Virus record (IMG/VR): IMGVR_UViG_3300005573_001331 | Location: 7,945-71,944 of that record | Source of the DNA: a virus | Lineage: Duplodnaviria; Caudoviricetes | DNA: 64,000 nt | Reading direction: 5' to 3' (one strand) | Shown: positions 63,503 through 64,000 of the stretch, one piece after another | How positions within the stretch are numbered: the stretch's first letter is position 1 | Layout: each line of letters starts with the position of its first letter | Position numbers and translations under genes: made by a program | The notes under the pieces: generated by a model | Databases searched by the model: none | What the model was told of the DNA's origin: nothing | Seen by the model: the letters and a program-made list of their open reading frames with translations, nothing else

Positions 63503-64000
63503 TTAGTTGGTTACAACAACGTTTACAGTAACACCATTTATTGTTAATGGTCGATAATATAATGGGACTCCGGTAGAAGTTTTTCCAATTTCTTGGCTTC
63601 TTGGTCCCCAGCCACTCGTTGGGAAAACAGGCTCATTATTAACTTTTAGCGTATCAAAGCTTGCGGTTTTTGCTGTTACTGTTCCCTCTGTCTTTATATC
63701 ACCTGAGACCGATATTCCCTTATTCTTTCCCAAAGATACAATGTTGTCAATTTGCAGCTGTTGTTCTTTTACTGCATTTATCAGCAGTGCCGTTAGTTTG
63801 GAGTAATCAAGCGCTTTGTAACCACTATCATCGGTTGTTACAACCTCCGGCACGATTGGTTCAACCCATTGCGCGATGAGCCCGATTTGACGCCCTTTAG
63901 CAAAGTGTCGATTAGGGTATTTAGCACGGTTCCATTCAAAAGTTACACCGGTAAGTTGCATAACCTTTTCCAGCGCATTGGTTATTGGTTTAATATCAGT
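63503..64000 (-). CDS. C-terminal part of a tail fibre with peptidase S74 intramolecular chaperone; start lies beyond the window
   Basis: Frame is open to 64000: TDIKPITNALEKVMQLTGVTFEW...IGLIAQ.VE..VPEVV...LDYSKLTALLINAVKEQ. Confidence 0.85.
   Translation of the reverse strand, partial: TDIKPITNALEKVMQLTGVTFEWNRAKYPNRHFAKGRQIGLIAQWVEPIVPEVVTTDDSGYKALDYSKLTALLINAVKEQQLQIDNIVSLGKNKGISVSGDIKTEGTVTAKTASFDTLKVNNEPVFPTSGWGPRSQEIGKTSTGVPLYYRPLTINGVTVNVVVTN

Noticed and set aside
322-63879. The many short opposite-strand or nested ORFs in the six-frame track (e.g. 2388-2837, 21558-21983, 26390-26944, 57183-57383)
   Set aside because: They are antisense shadows of well-supported genes, with no RBS or recognisable motif.
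1-64000. Stop-codon reassignment (TAG or TGA read as sense), as in some large phages
   Set aside because: Conserved genes (PolA, RecA, RNR, GroEL, TerL, DnaB) are full length under code 11. TAG (22029) and TGA (ATGA overlap at 26927-26930) serve as real stops.
1-64000. tRNA or rRNA genes
   Set aside because: Intergenic gaps are short or AT-rich, and no T-loop (GTTCRA) in a cloverleaf context was found by eye. A tRNAscan run would be needed to exclude them formally.

Overview
64 kb segment of a large tailed dsDNA bacteriophage with a contractile-tail (myovirus-type) baseplate, read with genetic code 11. The host is probably diderm, given lipoprotein and spanin-like genes; this is an inference. 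Layout: 1-16.5 kb (minus) head/packaging block with portal, putative prohead protease, terminase, GH108 endolysin and three large modular low-complexity proteins; 16.6-25.4 kb (minus) primase core, GroEL, UDG-fused PolA, Gat, QueC, a sigma factor and two tandem-HTH-repeat proteins; 25.5-28.8 kb a transglycosylase gene and a short plus-strand early-type operon, flanked by two inverted copies of one promoter; 28.9-40.6 kb (minus) split SbcC, SbcD, QueD, dUTPase, resolvase, SSB, kinase, DpdA-like TGT and RecA; 41-55.6 kb (plus) three glycosyltransferases, a second sigma factor, class II RNR, QueE, helicases, DnaB, a stand-alone primase Zn domain and FolE2; 55.6-64 kb (minus) tail fibre/baseplate genes. 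Best leads: (1) a dispersed 7-deazaguanine DNA-modification pathway (FolE2, QueD, QueE, QueC plus separate Gat, DpdA-like) with two apparently catalytically eroded paralogues (a second FolE2-fold protein and a PurN/DpdN-like protein), a nucleotide kinase and a glycosyltransferase cluster; (2) head-region proteins that look like polyproteins of small modules bracketed by a recurring hydrophobic-x-[K/R]-x-A motif, a candidate prohead-protease cut site; (3) a primase split into two genes about 37 kb apart. All family calls are by motif recognition, with no database search. No tRNA, CRISPR array, intron, intein or reverse transcriptase was recognised.
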